The position numbers were made by a program, and so were the translations under genes. Below are positions 39,761 through 50,222 of a stretch of DNA of 64,000 nt, piece by piece. Numbering within the stretch: position 1 is the stretch's first letter; every line of letters begins with the position of its first letter. The notes beneath the pieces are model-generated. The model did no database searches and was not told the DNA's origin. It worked only from the letters and a program-made list of their open reading frames with translations. This stretch comes from an uncultured delta proteobacterium (GTDB lineage Bacteria > Desulfobacterota > Desulfuromonadia > Geobacterales > DSM-12255): positions 416,001 to 480,000 of the forward strand of contig CAWBBV010000001.1 of the NCBI GenBank assembly GCA_963787125.1, in the 5' to 3' direction.

Positions 39761-41419
39761 TTATAGAACCACTGTCTCAGTATGTTTCCCGAATACCCCT
39801 CTGAATACATCGGCAATTTCACCAAGAGTTGCATAGGTGTTAACTGCTGCCAGAATATGCGGCATCAGGTTCTCACTCCCCTTGGCAACTTCTGTGAGTT
39901 TAACCAAAGCAGCTTTAACGGCTGTTTCGTCCCTACCGGCTTTCATTGCGGCAAGGCTTTTTTTCTGGGAGATTTCAACCTCTTCCTTGACCTTGAGCAG
40001 ACCTGTTGGTGGTGGTTCCTTGACTGTGAACTTATTGACCCCGACGATAATCAGTTCATCCTTTTCAATCGATTTCTGGTAGGCGTAGGCCGAGTCCTGA
40101 ATCTCTTTTTGCTGAAATCCCCGGGAAATAGCTTCTACCGCGCCGCCAAGTTTGTCGATTTTCTCGATATATTCTGTTGCGGCCTTTTCGATCTGATCTG
40201 TGAGGGATTCAATCAGAAACGAGCCTGCCAGTGGGTCCACAGAATCGGCTACGCCGGATTCGTAGGCAATCACCTGTTGGGTGCGCAAGGCGATTCGGAC
40301 TGAGTCTTCTGTCGGCAGAGCCAGTGCTTCGTCACGGGAGTTGGTGTGGAGTGACTGGGTGCCACCCAGAACAGCAGCCAACGCCTGCATGGTGACCCTC
40401 ATAATGTTGTTGTCGGGCTGCTGGGCGGTCAGAGTGCAGCCTGCAGTCTGGGTGTGAAAACGAAGCATCTGGGATTTAGGATCCTTTGCCTTGAACCGCT
40501 CTTTCATAATTCTTGCCCACATCCGCCGGGCAGCACGGAATTTGGCAACCTCTTCAAAAAGGTTATTGTGGGCGTTGAAGAAGAACGCCAGCCGGGGCGC
40601 AAACTCGTCAACATCGAGACCGGCCTTGATGGCCGCATCAACATAGGCGATACCGTCAGCCAGGGTGAAAGCTACCTCTTGAACCGCACTGGAGCCGGCC
40701 TCACGAATATGGTAGCCGGAGATGGAGATCGTGTTCCATTTGGGGACATGATCCTTGCAGTAGGCGAAAATGTCGGTGATGATCCGCATCGACTCTTTCG
40801 GCGGATATATGTATGTCCCCCGCGCCATGTACTCCTTGAGAATATCATTCTGGATTGTTCCGGAGATCTTGTCGGCTGAAACACCCTGTTTCTCGGCAAC
40901 GGCGATGTACATGCAAAGAAGGATAGCAGCAGTTGAGTTGATCGTCATGGAGGTGGAGACTTTATCGAGCGGTATCCCTCCGAACAGGATCTCCATGTCA
41001 GCAAGAGAGTCAATGGCAACACCAACCTTGCCCACTTCTCCCTGGCTCATGCCGTGATCTGAGTCATACCCCATCTGGGTTGGCAGGTCAAAAGCTACTG
41101 ACAGCCCGGTCTGACCGGCAGAGAGCAGATATTTGTAACGTTCGTTCGACTCCTTGGCCGTGCCGAAACCGGCATACTGGCGCATTGTCCAGAAGCGGCC
41201 ACGGTACATCGTCGGTTGTACGCCGCGGGTATAGGGATAGTCACCGGGAAAACCGAGCTCACTCTCGTAGTCGGGGTAGTCAAACTCGGGAGTGAAGCAG
41301 CGTTCCATCTCGATATTGGAGCTGGTGGGAAAGCCGGCTCTACGCTCGGGCGATCTGGCAATGTTCTTTGCCACGGTGCCCTCACTCCAGAGCTTTTTCT
41401 TGTCTTTGATAGTTGTCAT
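39761..41419 (-). CDS. Methylmalonyl-CoA mutase, substrate-binding (large) subunit
   Basis: [40 protein letters not shown]; no B12-binding domain. Confidence 0.93.
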   Translation of the reverse strand: MTTIKDKKKLWSEGTVAKNIARSPERRAGFPTSSNIEMERCFTPEFDYPDYESELGFPGDYPYTRGVQPTMYRGRFWTMRQYAGFGTAKESNERYKYLLSAGQTGLSVAFDLPTQMGYDSDHGMSQGEVGKVGVAIDSLADMEILFGGIPLDKVSTSMTINSTAAILLCMYIAVAEKQGVSADKISGTIQNDILKEYMARGTYIYPPKESMRIITDIFAYCKDHVPKWNTISISGYHIREAGSSAVQEVAFTLADGIAYVDAAIKAGLDVDEFAPRLAFFFNAHNNLFEEVAKFRAARRMWARIMKERFKAKDPKSQMLRFHTQTAGCTLTAQQPDNNIMRVTMQALAAVLGGTQSLHTNSRDEALALPTEDSVRIALRTQQVIAYESGVADSVDPLAGSFLIESLTDQIEKAATEYIEKIDKLGGAVEAISRGFQQKEIQDSAYAYQKSIEKDELIIVGVNKFTVKEPPPTGLLKVKEEVEISQKKSLAAMKAGRDETAVKAALVKLTEVAKGSENLMPHILAAVNTYATLGEIADVFRGVFGKHTETVVL

Positions 41420-41457
41420 AAATACTCTCCTTACCGGTTACATTAAACCAGCTGCTC

Positions 41458-42093
41458 TTAGAGAATCCCCTTAACCAGCGCCAGTGCCTCTGCTACGTAA
41501 TCATCCTGATCTCTGGTCGCTGAAGCGTCAACTCTGACACCATGCCATCTGCCAAGTTCTTTCAGGTAGAACTCACGCATCTGCTGATAATACTCAAGGC
41601 CACCTTCATGATGAATCTGAAGGATATCTTCAATCCGCTCGCATGCTTCTTCAGCCGGAACGTCAAAGAAAATAGTCAGGTCAGGGAATATTTCATCACC
41701 AAAGAGAAAACCCCTTGAAATCTTGTCAAGATGGCGCAACACGTCGAACTGCCGCGAGGTGCCGTTTACCCAGGCATTGGCAAGGGAAGATATGCTCGAC
41801 TGCTTGCAAAGGACGATCTTGTCCTCGTCAAGTGCCGGGCGGACTACCTGCTGGAAAATCTCTGTGCGGACCGCCCCTTCAAAGAAGAAGTCTGCTCTGG
41901 TATCTTCACCGAATGGCCAGTTAAGTAGATTGGCAATCCCAAGCTCCTGCGCTCGCCCTGAATCCGGGTTGGAACATTCGACAACATTATAGCCAAGCTC
42001 AACGAGCGCCTTATGGAGGCCTACTATCCCGGCCTTTACCTGCTGCCCGGAACCGCTGATCCCTTCAATGACAATAAGTTTACCTTTTCTCAC
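41458..42093 (-). CDS. Thymidylate-kinase-like protein with degenerate P-loop
   Basis: KGKLIVIEGISGSGQQ, VVRPAL, PDLTIFFDVP. GTG start with GGGAGG RBS. Confidence 0.7.
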   Translation of the reverse strand: MRKGKLIVIEGISGSGQQVKAGIVGLHKALVELGYNVVECSNPDSGRAQELGIANLLNWPFGEDTRADFFFEGAVRTEIFQQVVRPALDEDKIVLCKQSSISSLANAWVNGTSRQFDVLRHLDKISRGFLFGDEIFPDLTIFFDVPAEEACERIEDILQIHHEGGLEYYQQMREFYLKELGRWHGVRVDASATRDQDDYVAEALALVKGIL

Positions 42094-42201
42094 ACTAACC
42101 TCCCGTATCGTAGTATTGACTGCTGACAACGATTGACCCCGCCTTTTCGGGCAGGGTCAGTCGGTACTACATCAAAAATAGCGGCTGAATCCCAAACAAT
42201 T

Positions 42202-45081
42202 TTAGAGAACCGCCTTGAGATATTCTGCAGTTTTCTCCCGCTTCTCTTTTTCGATCTCTTTTGAGTCGATTTCGACAAATTTCTCATCAGGTGAAACCTT
42301 GAAGAGCGGCTGCCCTTTCTGAACGATGGAGCCATCAGCCCCCTGCATGATAATTTTGTCGATTGTTCCGGAAAAAGTGGCCCGGACGGTGTTGAACATC
42401 TTCATGACTTCGATAATGTAAAGCGCCTGTCCCTTTTCGAAGTGCATCCCCTCTGAAACAAACGAAGGCAGGCCTGGGCCTTCCTGGCCGTAGTACATGC
42501 CGCCGCAGATGGAAACAATTTCGTCTGCTTTTGTTGCCGGTGGTGGCACCAGAATTTTTTTCATTTTAACCTGCAGCTCAGAATCATGGAGATACGCAGG
42601 GATGGTGACTTCCAGATCCTCTTCAACTTTGAAATCCCAGAAGTTAAGGTTGCTGGCAAGAACAAAGAGTATTCCCAGCAGTTCAAGACCTGCTTCAAAG
42701 CCGAAATGGGCAGACTGTATCTGATTCCATTCGTCGGCGCTGTAACCGCCTTGCGGTTTATCTTTTGCAAGAATAGCGGTCAGCTTGTAGAACTCGTGCA
42801 ACCCGAGTTTGAAGTTTTCAGAAAGCGTCGTATAAAACCGGAGCCCTTTCTGGAGCAGTTCATTATCATGGCTCCAGATGACCTCTGCGGCTGGCGCCTT
42901 GGGATCAAAGGACATATTCAGATACTCGTAAGTGTCTGCAAGAATGACGAACGGGTTGTCACGCAGCACAATCTTGCCGCTTTCAATGGCAAAATTATTT
43001 CTGTTCAGCGAGAGCCAACCTGACAGCATATGTGGGTCTTCCAGTAGCTTGTCCATGGGACGCGTAACGAGTGTCCCCTTGCGATCAAGAATCGCCGCCA
43101 TATCCTTGGCAGGTTTGGGATCATCCGGAAACTGCTCTGTCATCTTCTTGGCATAGGCTTTCTTCATCTGAATAAAGGCGTAGACTGTATCAATCTTTGC
43201 CGCCTCATCTTTTAGGAGGCCCATAAGTGTCAGATAAGGGACAACAAAACGGGTTGTCGGTTTTGCCATAACATTCTGGCCGCGGAACCAGTTGACCAGG
43301 CCGTAATGAAACTCAAGGTTGGTGGCCAGATCAACACCACGCAGGGTTGTCTTGCCGAGAACTTTTGAAAGGTGATTGTAACTGGCTAACCGGTCTTCAC
43401 CTTTTGTTAAAAGGAGCGCAATGTTTGAATCATAGGCACCGGCAACCTTGTAGCGCATGAACATGCCGGTATCAGGGTTTACCAGACTGATCCCCTGATC
43501 ATCGCGAATCTCGCCTTCAATCGGCTTGGACCAGAAGCGGATCATGCCACCGGCGTGGGGAGAGAGTGAGGCGTCAGTAGCATTGAGTCGTGCTTCGGCT
43601 GCAGCGCCGAAACGCGGAATCCTTTCAGGCTTTGGCAAGCGCTTCTTGTGGCGGGCAAGCAACGCCATTGCCTCGACCAGCGATTCGACGATGAAAAAAT
43701 CATTTTTGTTCTTTGGATTAGTGAATTTGAGGCTGTAGCAGAGCTCGGAAACGCGGTGCTCTACCTGAATCCGGGTATTCACTTCCATGAAAAAGTAGCG
43801 GTCACGGTCAACGATGCACTCGAAGGTTGACGCAGAATCGAGTCCCACGGCGACTCCAAACTTGGTGGAATCTTCTTCCATCCTTTTGAGAACCTTGAGA
43901 TCGCTCTCCAACGCCGTTACTTCAGCCTTTTTGCCAGCCTTTTTAGCCTTTTCAATGGCGAGCGCAAGGCTCTCCTGGGTCACAGATATTTCCAGCAGCT
44001 TCTGCTCGTGCATCTGCAAGGAGCAATCACGACCGCCGAGCGAAACGCACCACTCGCCATTGCCAAGCAGCTGAATTTCGTTGTGACGTGTCTGCTCGAT
44101 ATTGAGTTCAACGAGAACATTCTTGTTGTCGCCGACCCCGTTCGCCTTGACCTCGTTTAATATTTCCCTGACAAGAGTTGGCGTTTCAACGGCAGCGTCT
44201 TTTATCTGTTTCTCAGTCGCTTTTTTCAGTGTAAGCAGCTCAGCCCCAAGGATTCTCTGGCCTTTGCCGCCTCCGCCACCGATCGCTTTCAAGCGGATGC
44301 GGCTTTGCGGATACTCTTTGAACATGGTGACAACGTCATCCTGGACCTGAGCAGAGAGCTCATCAACCGTGTAGAGGTCAAGTCCTTTTTCATATGACGC
44401 ATAAAGTATCTGGTCAGCCAGGTCTTCCAGTGAGAGCTTTTTGTCTTCAAGAGTTTTAGCGCTAACTTCAAGTTCGTGAATCTTGACCAGTCCGAGAAGT
44501 TTTTCCCGGGTTCCATACTTCTTTACCAGGGTTCGTGCGGTCGCATTATTAATGCCAGGAGTAACACTGACGCCAACTTGAAGGGCGGTACGTTTTGCTT
44601 CATCTTTTTTGCCGGCATCAGCCTGGGTACGGGAATTCGGACCGATAAATTTCAGACCGGCCTTTTCGACGGAGGCAACAAACTCTTCATCTTCAGCCAT
44701 AAAACCGTAGCCGGCGAAAATTGAGTCGTAACCGTTATCATGGGCTATTTTGGTGATCTGATTAATCCGCTCGACCCTCTCTTCCTTGCTGGCGCCGGTA
44801 TAGTCAGGTACGCGATGAACACGGTTAGAATCAGTAAGCTGACGCAACTCGGGAGCAAGTGCGTTTGCGTAGACTATGGAATCTTTTTCCGAGAGAAGAA
44901 TGCCGAAGTGACTCATTCCCATCTCTTCAAAAACATCCATCGCTTCCTTTCTTATCGGCCCGCGGCAGACTATCAGCGGTTTTAGATCCTCACTGGCAAA
45001 GGAGCTAACCCACTCGGAGTCGGACTTGCCCAGCCTTCGATCACGGTGAATCAGCGGGTTGTTCATGTAGAGGTCATTCAT
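42202..45081 (-). CDS. Acyl-CoA carboxylase alpha subunit (biotin carboxylase + biotin carrier)
   Basis: GYGFMAE, GGGGKG, RDCSLQ, EVNTRIQVEH, EVMKM. Confidence 0.92.
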   Translation of the reverse strand: MNDLYMNNPLIHRDRRLGKSDSEWVSSFASEDLKPLIVCRGPIRKEAMDVFEEMGMSHFGILLSEKDSIVYANALAPELRQLTDSNRVHRVPDYTGASKEERVERINQITKIAHDNGYDSIFAGYGFMAEDEEFVASVEKAGLKFIGPNSRTQADAGKKDEAKRTALQVGVSVTPGINNATARTLVKKYGTREKLLGLVKIHELEVSAKTLEDKKLSLEDLADQILYASYEKGLDLYTVDELSAQVQDDVVTMFKEYPQSRIRLKAIGGGGGKGQRILGAELLTLKKATEKQIKDAAVETPTLVREILNEVKANGVGDNKNVLVELNIEQTRHNEIQLLGNGEWCVSLGGRDCSLQMHEQKLLEISVTQESLALAIEKAKKAGKKAEVTALESDLKVLKRMEEDSTKFGVAVGLDSASTFECIVDRDRYFFMEVNTRIQVEHRVSELCYSLKFTNPKNKNDFFIVESLVEAMALLARHKKRLPKPERIPRFGAAAEARLNATDASLSPHAGGMIRFWSKPIEGEIRDDQGISLVNPDTGMFMRYKVAGAYDSNIALLLTKGEDRLASYNHLSKVLGKTTLRGVDLATNLEFHYGLVNWFRGQNVMAKPTTRFVVPYLTLMGLLKDEAAKIDTVYAFIQMKKAYAKKMTEQFPDDPKPAKDMAAILDRKGTLVTRPMDKLLEDPHMLSGWLSLNRNNFAIESGKIVLRDNPFVILADTYEYLNMSFDPKAPAAEVIWSHDNELLQKGLRFYTTLSENFKLGLHEFYKLTAILAKDKPQGGYSADEWNQIQSAHFGFEAGLELLGILFVLASNLNFWDFKVEEDLEVTIPAYLHDSELQVKMKKILVPPPATKADEIVSICGGMYYGQEGPGLPSFVSEGMHFEKGQALYIIEVMKMFNTVRATFSGTIDKIIMQGADGSIVQKGQPLFKVSPDEKFVEIDSKEIEKEKREKTAEYLKAVL

Positions 45082-45197
45082 TGGTCTCTATCTCCAAAAG
45101 TATATTTATTGAAACAGTATTCAGAAGTCAGTATGAAGGAGTCAGTAGAAAATCCAGGTTTATGCTCAGCCCTGACCGCTTAATACTGACCCTGCTT

Positions 45198-46922
45198 TTA
45201 GTGAAACTCCCTCTGCGGACCGCCCATAGGGGCCGGTTTGTAGTGACGCAGGAAGAAGTTCATGTTTTCGCCGAGCACTTTGCGCAGATCAGTCGGCATA
45301 ACTATTGACGAGATCGAACCGAGGGCAAGGCCCTCCTTCGGGTTCATAAGCTCTTTTTCATAGCGAAGGTTAAGCGCCGCTTCCTGGCCTTTGAGCCACT
45401 CGGCAGCTTCTTTCTCGGCATCTTTCTTGGCTGCAGCACCGTCCATACCGGCAACGATACGCTCCTCCGTCCCTTTCTTCACCATCTCGGCGGCAGCAGA
45501 ACGCATTTTGCGAACCTCGTCCTTATAGACAAACTCCTTGCCTGCAGGCCCCATAACAGCAAGGCGGGTGGTAGGCAGGGCAAGGACAAGGTCGGCACCG
45601 GTAGGATAGTTATTGTAGGAAGCGTAAGCCCCGCCATAGGCGTTGCGCAGGATCAGCAGTATGCGTGGCGTACGGACGTCGACGATGGAGTCGAGCATTG
45701 AACGGCCAGCCTGAACGATGCCGCGTGCTTCCTGCTCACGACCCGGCAAAAAGCCGGTCGTGTCTTCCATGAAGATGATCGGAATGTTATAAATGTTGCA
45801 GAAGCGGACAAAACGGGCAATTTTGACGGCAGAGTCACAGTCAATCTGCCCGGAAGAGACTGCAGAGTTGTTGGCAACAAAACCTACAACGTTGCCGCCA
45901 AGACGACCGAAAGCAGTGACAACCTCTTTGGCACGTTCCGGCTGAAGCTCAAAGTAGTCACCATGATCACAGATCTGCTGAATGACAATGGAGACATCAA
46001 ACGGGGTGTTGAACCCGGTCGGCGAATTAAATGCCTTTTTCAGCAGGGTGTTTATCTCCCAGGTCTTTCTGTCAAGGGGATCGCTGGTTTCCTGAAAAGG
46101 TGGAGCGACACTGTTGTTGTCGGGCAGGTAGGAGAGCAGACGGACGGCAGTCCGGAGCGCTGCAACCTCATCGGTAACAGTAAGGTCAGCGACGCCGGTT
46201 TTGCCGTGAACTTTTGGACCGCCGAGTTCTTCAGGGGTGACATCCTCGCCGAGTACCGACTTGACGACACCTGGTCCGGTAAGACCAAAGAAAGTATCGT
46301 TGGGCTGGATGACAAAACTTCCCTGGCGGGGGAGGTAGCTGCCGCCACCGGCATTGAAGCCGAACATGCACATGATGGAGGGAACGACGCCGCTCATCTT
46401 GCGCAGCGCGGTGAATGCCTCGGCATAACCGTCAAGACCGCCGACACCAGCAGGCACAAAAGCCCCGGCAGAGTCATTCATTCCAATGACCGGAATACCC
46501 TTGGCAGCGGCAAGGTTGAAGAGCTTGGCGAGTTTGCTGCCATTGGTTGCATCAATAGAACCGGCGCGGACAGTAAAGTCATGCCCGTAAACAGCGACAT
46601 CACGGCCGCCAATATTCAGAATCGCAGTTACCAGCGAGGCACCGTCAAGATTCTTGCCCCAGTTCTGATAAAGAACATTTGGAGCTTCGCCGGAGAGAAC
46701 CGCCAAGCGTTCCCAGACAGTCATCCGCTTTTTGAAATGCTGTTTTTCGATCTGGTCAATCTTCACTGATTTGATGGGGCGCTGGATAAGGTCGTAACCT
46801 TCCTTCATCGCCTCTTCATAGCCGCCTGTTGTCCGGGATATCTCCCCAGGAATAGTGAACTCGACCTTCTCGGGTGGATCAAACGGGTTTTTCAGTAGTG
46901 GTTTCATAGCTGCCTTTGACAT
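45198..46922 (-). CDS. Acyl-CoA (propionyl-CoA) carboxylase carboxyltransferase subunit
   Basis: [34 protein letters not shown]. Confidence 0.92.
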   Translation of the reverse strand: MSKAAMKPLLKNPFDPPEKVEFTIPGEISRTTGGYEEAMKEGYDLIQRPIKSVKIDQIEKQHFKKRMTVWERLAVLSGEAPNVLYQNWGKNLDGASLVTAILNIGGRDVAVYGHDFTVRAGSIDATNGSKLAKLFNLAAAKGIPVIGMNDSAGAFVPAGVGGLDGYAEAFTALRKMSGVVPSIMCMFGFNAGGGSYLPRQGSFVIQPNDTFFGLTGPGVVKSVLGEDVTPEELGGPKVHGKTGVADLTVTDEVAALRTAVRLLSYLPDNNSVAPPFQETSDPLDRKTWEINTLLKKAFNSPTGFNTPFDVSIVIQQICDHGDYFELQPERAKEVVTAFGRLGGNVVGFVANNSAVSSGQIDCDSAVKIARFVRFCNIYNIPIIFMEDTTGFLPGREQEARGIVQAGRSMLDSIVDVRTPRILLILRNAYGGAYASYNNYPTGADLVLALPTTRLAVMGPAGKEFVYKDEVRKMRSAAAEMVKKGTEERIVAGMDGAAAKKDAEKEAAEWLKGQEAALNLRYEKELMNPKEGLALGSISSIVMPTDLRKVLGENMNFFLRHYKPAPMGGPQREFH

Positions 46923-46976
46923 CTCTTCACCCTTCCATAAGTTGGATTTGTTACTGACTTTGTTGGGAATAACTGA

Positions 46977-47540
46977 TTAGCGGGTTACCACCGCAAGAAC
47001 CCTGACCTCTTTACCATCCTTTGAAAGGAGGCGGTGACGCAGGGATGAATCAAAATAGACGCAGTCCTCTTCCTCCAGAAGAATCCGCTCGTCTTCAAGC
47101 AAAAGCTCTGCAGTCCCTTTCATCACGTAGAGAAACTCCTCGCCGTCATGACTATAGGTATTCTCTTCGGCAACTCTTTCAGTAACCGAAAGGAGGAACG
47201 GTTCCATCTTCTTGTTCTGCTTCCTAAAGGAGAGCGACTCGTATGAGTACCCCTGACTCGTGCCGGCACGAGAGATAACCCTTGGGATCTGTTTTCTTTC
47301 GCTTCTGCGCACAACTTCGTAGCGGCATTCCTCTTCATCCTCAGTAAAGAACACTCCGATCTTTACGTCAAAGAATTTGGCAATCTTCGAGAGAGTGGCG
47401 ATTGGCGGCGAAACATTATTATTCTCGATCTGGGAGATGAGTGCCGGTGAAAAACCGGTCTCTCTTGCAACTGCTTGCAGAGTGAGCTTTTTAGCCAGCC
47501 TGAGTTTCTTTATTTTTGAGCCGATATTGTATTCGGACAT
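46977..47540 (-). CDS. XRE-family HTH + cupin transcriptional regulator
   Basis: IGSKIKKLR...ISQIENN; HDGEEF; YFDSSLRH. Confidence 0.92.
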   Translation of the reverse strand: MSEYNIGSKIKKLRLAKKLTLQAVARETGFSPALISQIENNNVSPPIATLSKIAKFFDVKIGVFFTEDEEECRYEVVRRSERKQIPRVISRAGTSQGYSYESLSFRKQNKKMEPFLLSVTERVAEENTYSHDGEEFLYVMKGTAELLLEDERILLEEEDCVYFDSSLRHRLLSKDGKEVRVLAVVTR

Positions 47541-47780
47541 AGGATATTGAACCACCATGGACACCAAGAATAAAACCAGTTTTTATTGCGGCTAAAAATA
47601 CTGATTTACTGCGTCGCTGTCAATAATTATTTGACTAGTGAGCGTGACTGTAAACATTAATGTGGTTGTCCGGGTCGGGTTGCAGGATTAAAGGGGATTT
47701 TAGGTCAGGGAATTGTGGCAGGGTTTTCGTGTAAACAGTAATATAGCTTGCCGTTATGAAAGCTTATCTGTTGGACGGCA

Positions 47781-47817
47781 CAAAAAAGAGGGCGCCTGAT
47801 GGCGCCCTCTTTTTTTG
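47781..47817 (-). terminator. Rho-independent terminator after atpE
   Basis: aaaaaagagggcgcc-tgat-ggcgccctctttttt. Confidence 0.88.
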
Positions 47818-47835
47818 TTTCGATAAAAGCGGGAA

Positions 47836-48111
47836 TTACTTGGCAACTGTCTCAGCAAGCTTCAGCGCGATATCTTTGTAAGGGTTTGCGAAGAGGATGA
47901 TGAGGCAGACAACGAGAGCGTAGATTGCGAGAGACTCGATCATGGCGAGACCGATCATCATGGTGGTGAGGATCTTGCCAGAAGCGCCGGGATTACGGGA
48001 AACGCCTTCAACTGCACGTGCTACAGCCATACCCTGACCGATACCGGTGCCGAGTGTTCCGAGTGCCATGCCGATGCCTGCTGCCAGTACACACATTGTA
48101 AAAAAGCCCAT
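47836..48111 (-). CDS. atpE: ATP synthase Fo subunit c
   Basis: GTGIGQG, SRNP, MIESLAIY. Confidence 0.97.
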   Translation of the reverse strand: MGFFTMCVLAAGIGMALGTLGTGIGQGMAVARAVEGVSRNPGASGKILTTMMIGLAMIESLAIYALVVCLIILFANPYKDIALKLAETVAK

Positions 48112-48210
48112 TTTATTCTCCTTTGTTGCTTGGTTTATATTTCCTAAATTGTATAGGAATAATGCGTTAGTTATGTAATTGCGGCGCGATACTTTATTGT
48201 AGCCTGGCTT

Positions 48211-48900
48211 TTAATGCGCGTGCTCAAGAGAGCCCTGAATGTAAATCATCGCCAGCAGCATGAAGACGAATGCCTGGATAAAGGAGACCAGAACCCCCAT
48301 CATCATCATCGGTAGCGGTACGAGGAAAGGGGCCAGGCCGAAGAAGATCATGAGAACAAGTTCGTGACCGTTCATGTTGCCGAAAAGCCGCAAGGTAAGG
48401 GAGATAACGCGGCTGAAGTGACCAATAACCTCGATGAAGAACATCATCGGTGCAAGCCAGAGAATCGGGCCCATGAAGTGCTTGATGTACTTGAAGCCGT
48501 GCTCTTTGACGCCGACTACGTGAGTGGTGACAAAAACGACGACTGCACAGGCTGCGGTGGTGTTAATGTTTGCGGTCGGCGGGAAGAACCCGGGAACGAG
48601 GCCGATAAGGTTTGACACAAGAACAAAAATCGCAAGGGTTGCAATCAGCGGGAAGAATGGCCGGCCATGCTCACCCATTGTTTCGACGACCATGTTTTCG
48701 ATGCCGCCGATAACTACTTCCATAAAGTTCTGCAGCCCGCCGGGAACGGCAGTAAGTGCTTTTGTTGCTATTACGGAGAGCAGTGCCAGAACGACAATGA
48801 TCAGCCAGGTGTAGGCAATTGCATCTGCTCCGGCAGCGGAGATATGGAGCGGCGCCAGGAGCTGTCTGAAAAACTGTAGAAAGAGTATGGGATGAATCAT
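48211..48900 (-). CDS. atpB: ATP synthase Fo subunit a
   Basis: [24 protein letters not shown]. Confidence 0.97.
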   Translation of the reverse strand: MIHPILFLQFFRQLLAPLHISAAGADAIAYTWLIIVVLALLSVIATKALTAVPGGLQNFMEVVIGGIENMVVETMGEHGRPFFPLIATLAIFVLVSNLIGLVPGFFPPTANINTTAACAVVVFVTTHVVGVKEHGFKYIKHFMGPILWLAPMMFFIEVIGHFSRVISLTLRLFGNMNGHELVLMIFFGLAPFLVPLPMMMMGVLVSFIQAFVFMLLAMIYIQGSLEHAH

Positions 48901-49292
48901 GGTGATTGTTCTCCTTTATCTGACAGAGACAGAAAAACTGAAACTGTTGTTATCGTAATTACAAGGGTCGAAAGTCCGACAAGCAGCCCGGCGATGTTGA
49001 TGCCGAATTTCAACAGGACTACTATGATGATTCCTGAAATCGTAAGGCGCAGTATATAACGGATAACTGCATACTGTCTGGCGTCACTGCGCTGCTGAAT
49101 GAGTATCCGTTCAAGAATCGAGCGCAGCCAGAAATTGTTGCCAAGAGCAATCAACCCGCCGGCAGCTACTCCCAGACCGAAATTAACCGAGCCGATCAGG
49201 GAGCTGATAATCGTGAGCCCAGCCAGCATCAGCCAGCTCCACCTCGTAACCATGGAGAGGATATCTCCGTCAACTACCCTGATTATCGTCAT
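48897..49292 (-). CDS. atpI: ATP synthase protein I
   Basis: Four hydrophobic segments, position upstream of atpB. Confidence 0.8.
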   Translation of the reverse strand: MTIIRVVDGDILSMVTRWSWLMLAGLTIISSLIGSVNFGLGVAAGGLIALGNNFWLRSILERILIQQRSDARQYAVIRYILRLTISGIIIVVLLKFGINIAGLLVGLSTLVITITTVSVFLSLSDKGEQSP

Positions 49293-49515
49293 CCCGCCTT
49301 ATTTCTTTGCCGGCCATTATGTAGATATTTCTAAAACCGGCCACAATTCCGAAGAATAGAAAGATGAAGAAGAACCATGGCGCCGTGCCAAGCCATTTAT
49401 CAAGCTGGAGGCCAACATAAACACCGATTGCAATAGCGATGACAACCGATATTCCGATGGTGGAGAGCGTCCCCAGGGTAAGCAACAGCCCTCTCTTTTC
49501 CTCACCTTTTGCCAT
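49270..49515 (-). CDS. AtpZ/AtpI-family membrane protein
   Basis: GVYVGLQLDKWLGTAPW...GIVAGFRN. Confidence 0.85.
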   Translation of the reverse strand: MAKGEEKRGLLLTLGTLSTIGISVVIAIAIGVYVGLQLDKWLGTAPWFFFIFLFFGIVAGFRNIYIMAGKEIRRDDDNQGS

Positions 49516-49635
49516 GTTGGCCTATAAAAGCTGCTTTTAGTAAGGAATAAAACTCAAACTACATAACACACTCTCCGCAACTGTGTCAACACGGTTTTAC
49601 GGGACGTTATGAAATGCTGTTGAGTAAAACTTTTG

Positions 49636-49679
49636 TTGACAGCGTCGCAGCAGATTCGTATATTGATTATCATTATCAA
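49636..49679 (+). promoter_or_regulatory. fur promoter with overlapping Fur box
   Basis: TTGACA-17 nt-TATATT; TGATTAT-C-ATTATCA (49664-49678), one mismatch to the 7-1-7 Fur consensus. Confidence 0.85.
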
Positions 49680-49690
49680 CAGGTGGATCG

Positions 49691-50122
49691 ATGAAGCTTT
49701 CAAAAAAACAGACATTTCTTAACTTTGCAGCCGCAAAGGGTCTTAAGTCAACCAGACAGCGGGAGATCATTCTTGACTGTTTTCTCTCTACCCACCAGCA
49801 CCTTACCACAGAAGAACTCTACCTCAAGCTTAAAGAGAACCATCCGGGAATCGGGTTTGCCACTGTCTACCGGACATTAAAACTGTTTGCCGAATCCGGC
49901 ATTGCCAGGGAGATCCAGTTTGGCGACGGCCAGACACGTTATGAACATCTGCATGCCGGAGAACATCATGACCATCTCGTCTGCACTGCTTGCGGAGCTA
50001 TTGTAGAATTCGAGAATGAAACAATAGAGAAGCTTCAGAGCCAGGTTGCCAGTCAGCACGGTTTCACCATTTTGAACCACAAACTTGAGCTTTACGGTTT
50101 CTGCGCAAAATGTCATAGCTGA
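49691..50122 (+). CDS. fur: Ferric uptake regulator
   Basis: TRQREII, ATVYRTL, HHDHLVCTACG, CAKC. Confidence 0.95.
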   Translation: MKLSKKQTFLNFAAAKGLKSTRQREIILDCFLSTHQHLTTEELYLKLKENHPGIGFATVYRTLKLFAESGIAREIQFGDGQTRYEHLHAGEHHDHLVCTACGAIVEFENETIEKLQSQVASQHGFTILNHKLELYGFCAKCHS

Positions 50123-50140
50123 TTTTTTTTACTGTACGGA

Positions 50141-50155
50141 TGATAATGAATATCA
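50141..50155 (+). promoter_or_regulatory. Fur box upstream of feoB
   Basis: TGATAAT-G-AATATCA. Confidence 0.8.
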
Positions 50156-50222
50156 AAAGCAGTAATGTTGTTTTAGCAAGTTAGCAGTTATCCTGTTGAT
50201 CAGGATCAGGAGATCATTTTCC

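Noticed and set aside
39761..41419. Mutase lacking its B12-binding domain as a sign of truncation
   Set aside because: Split two-subunit mutases are common; the small subunit can be encoded elsewhere.
47569..47608. AATAAAA-N5-TTTTATT as an operator of the XRE regulator
   Set aside because: Low-complexity AT-rich inverted repeat; not distinguishable from chance without comparative data.
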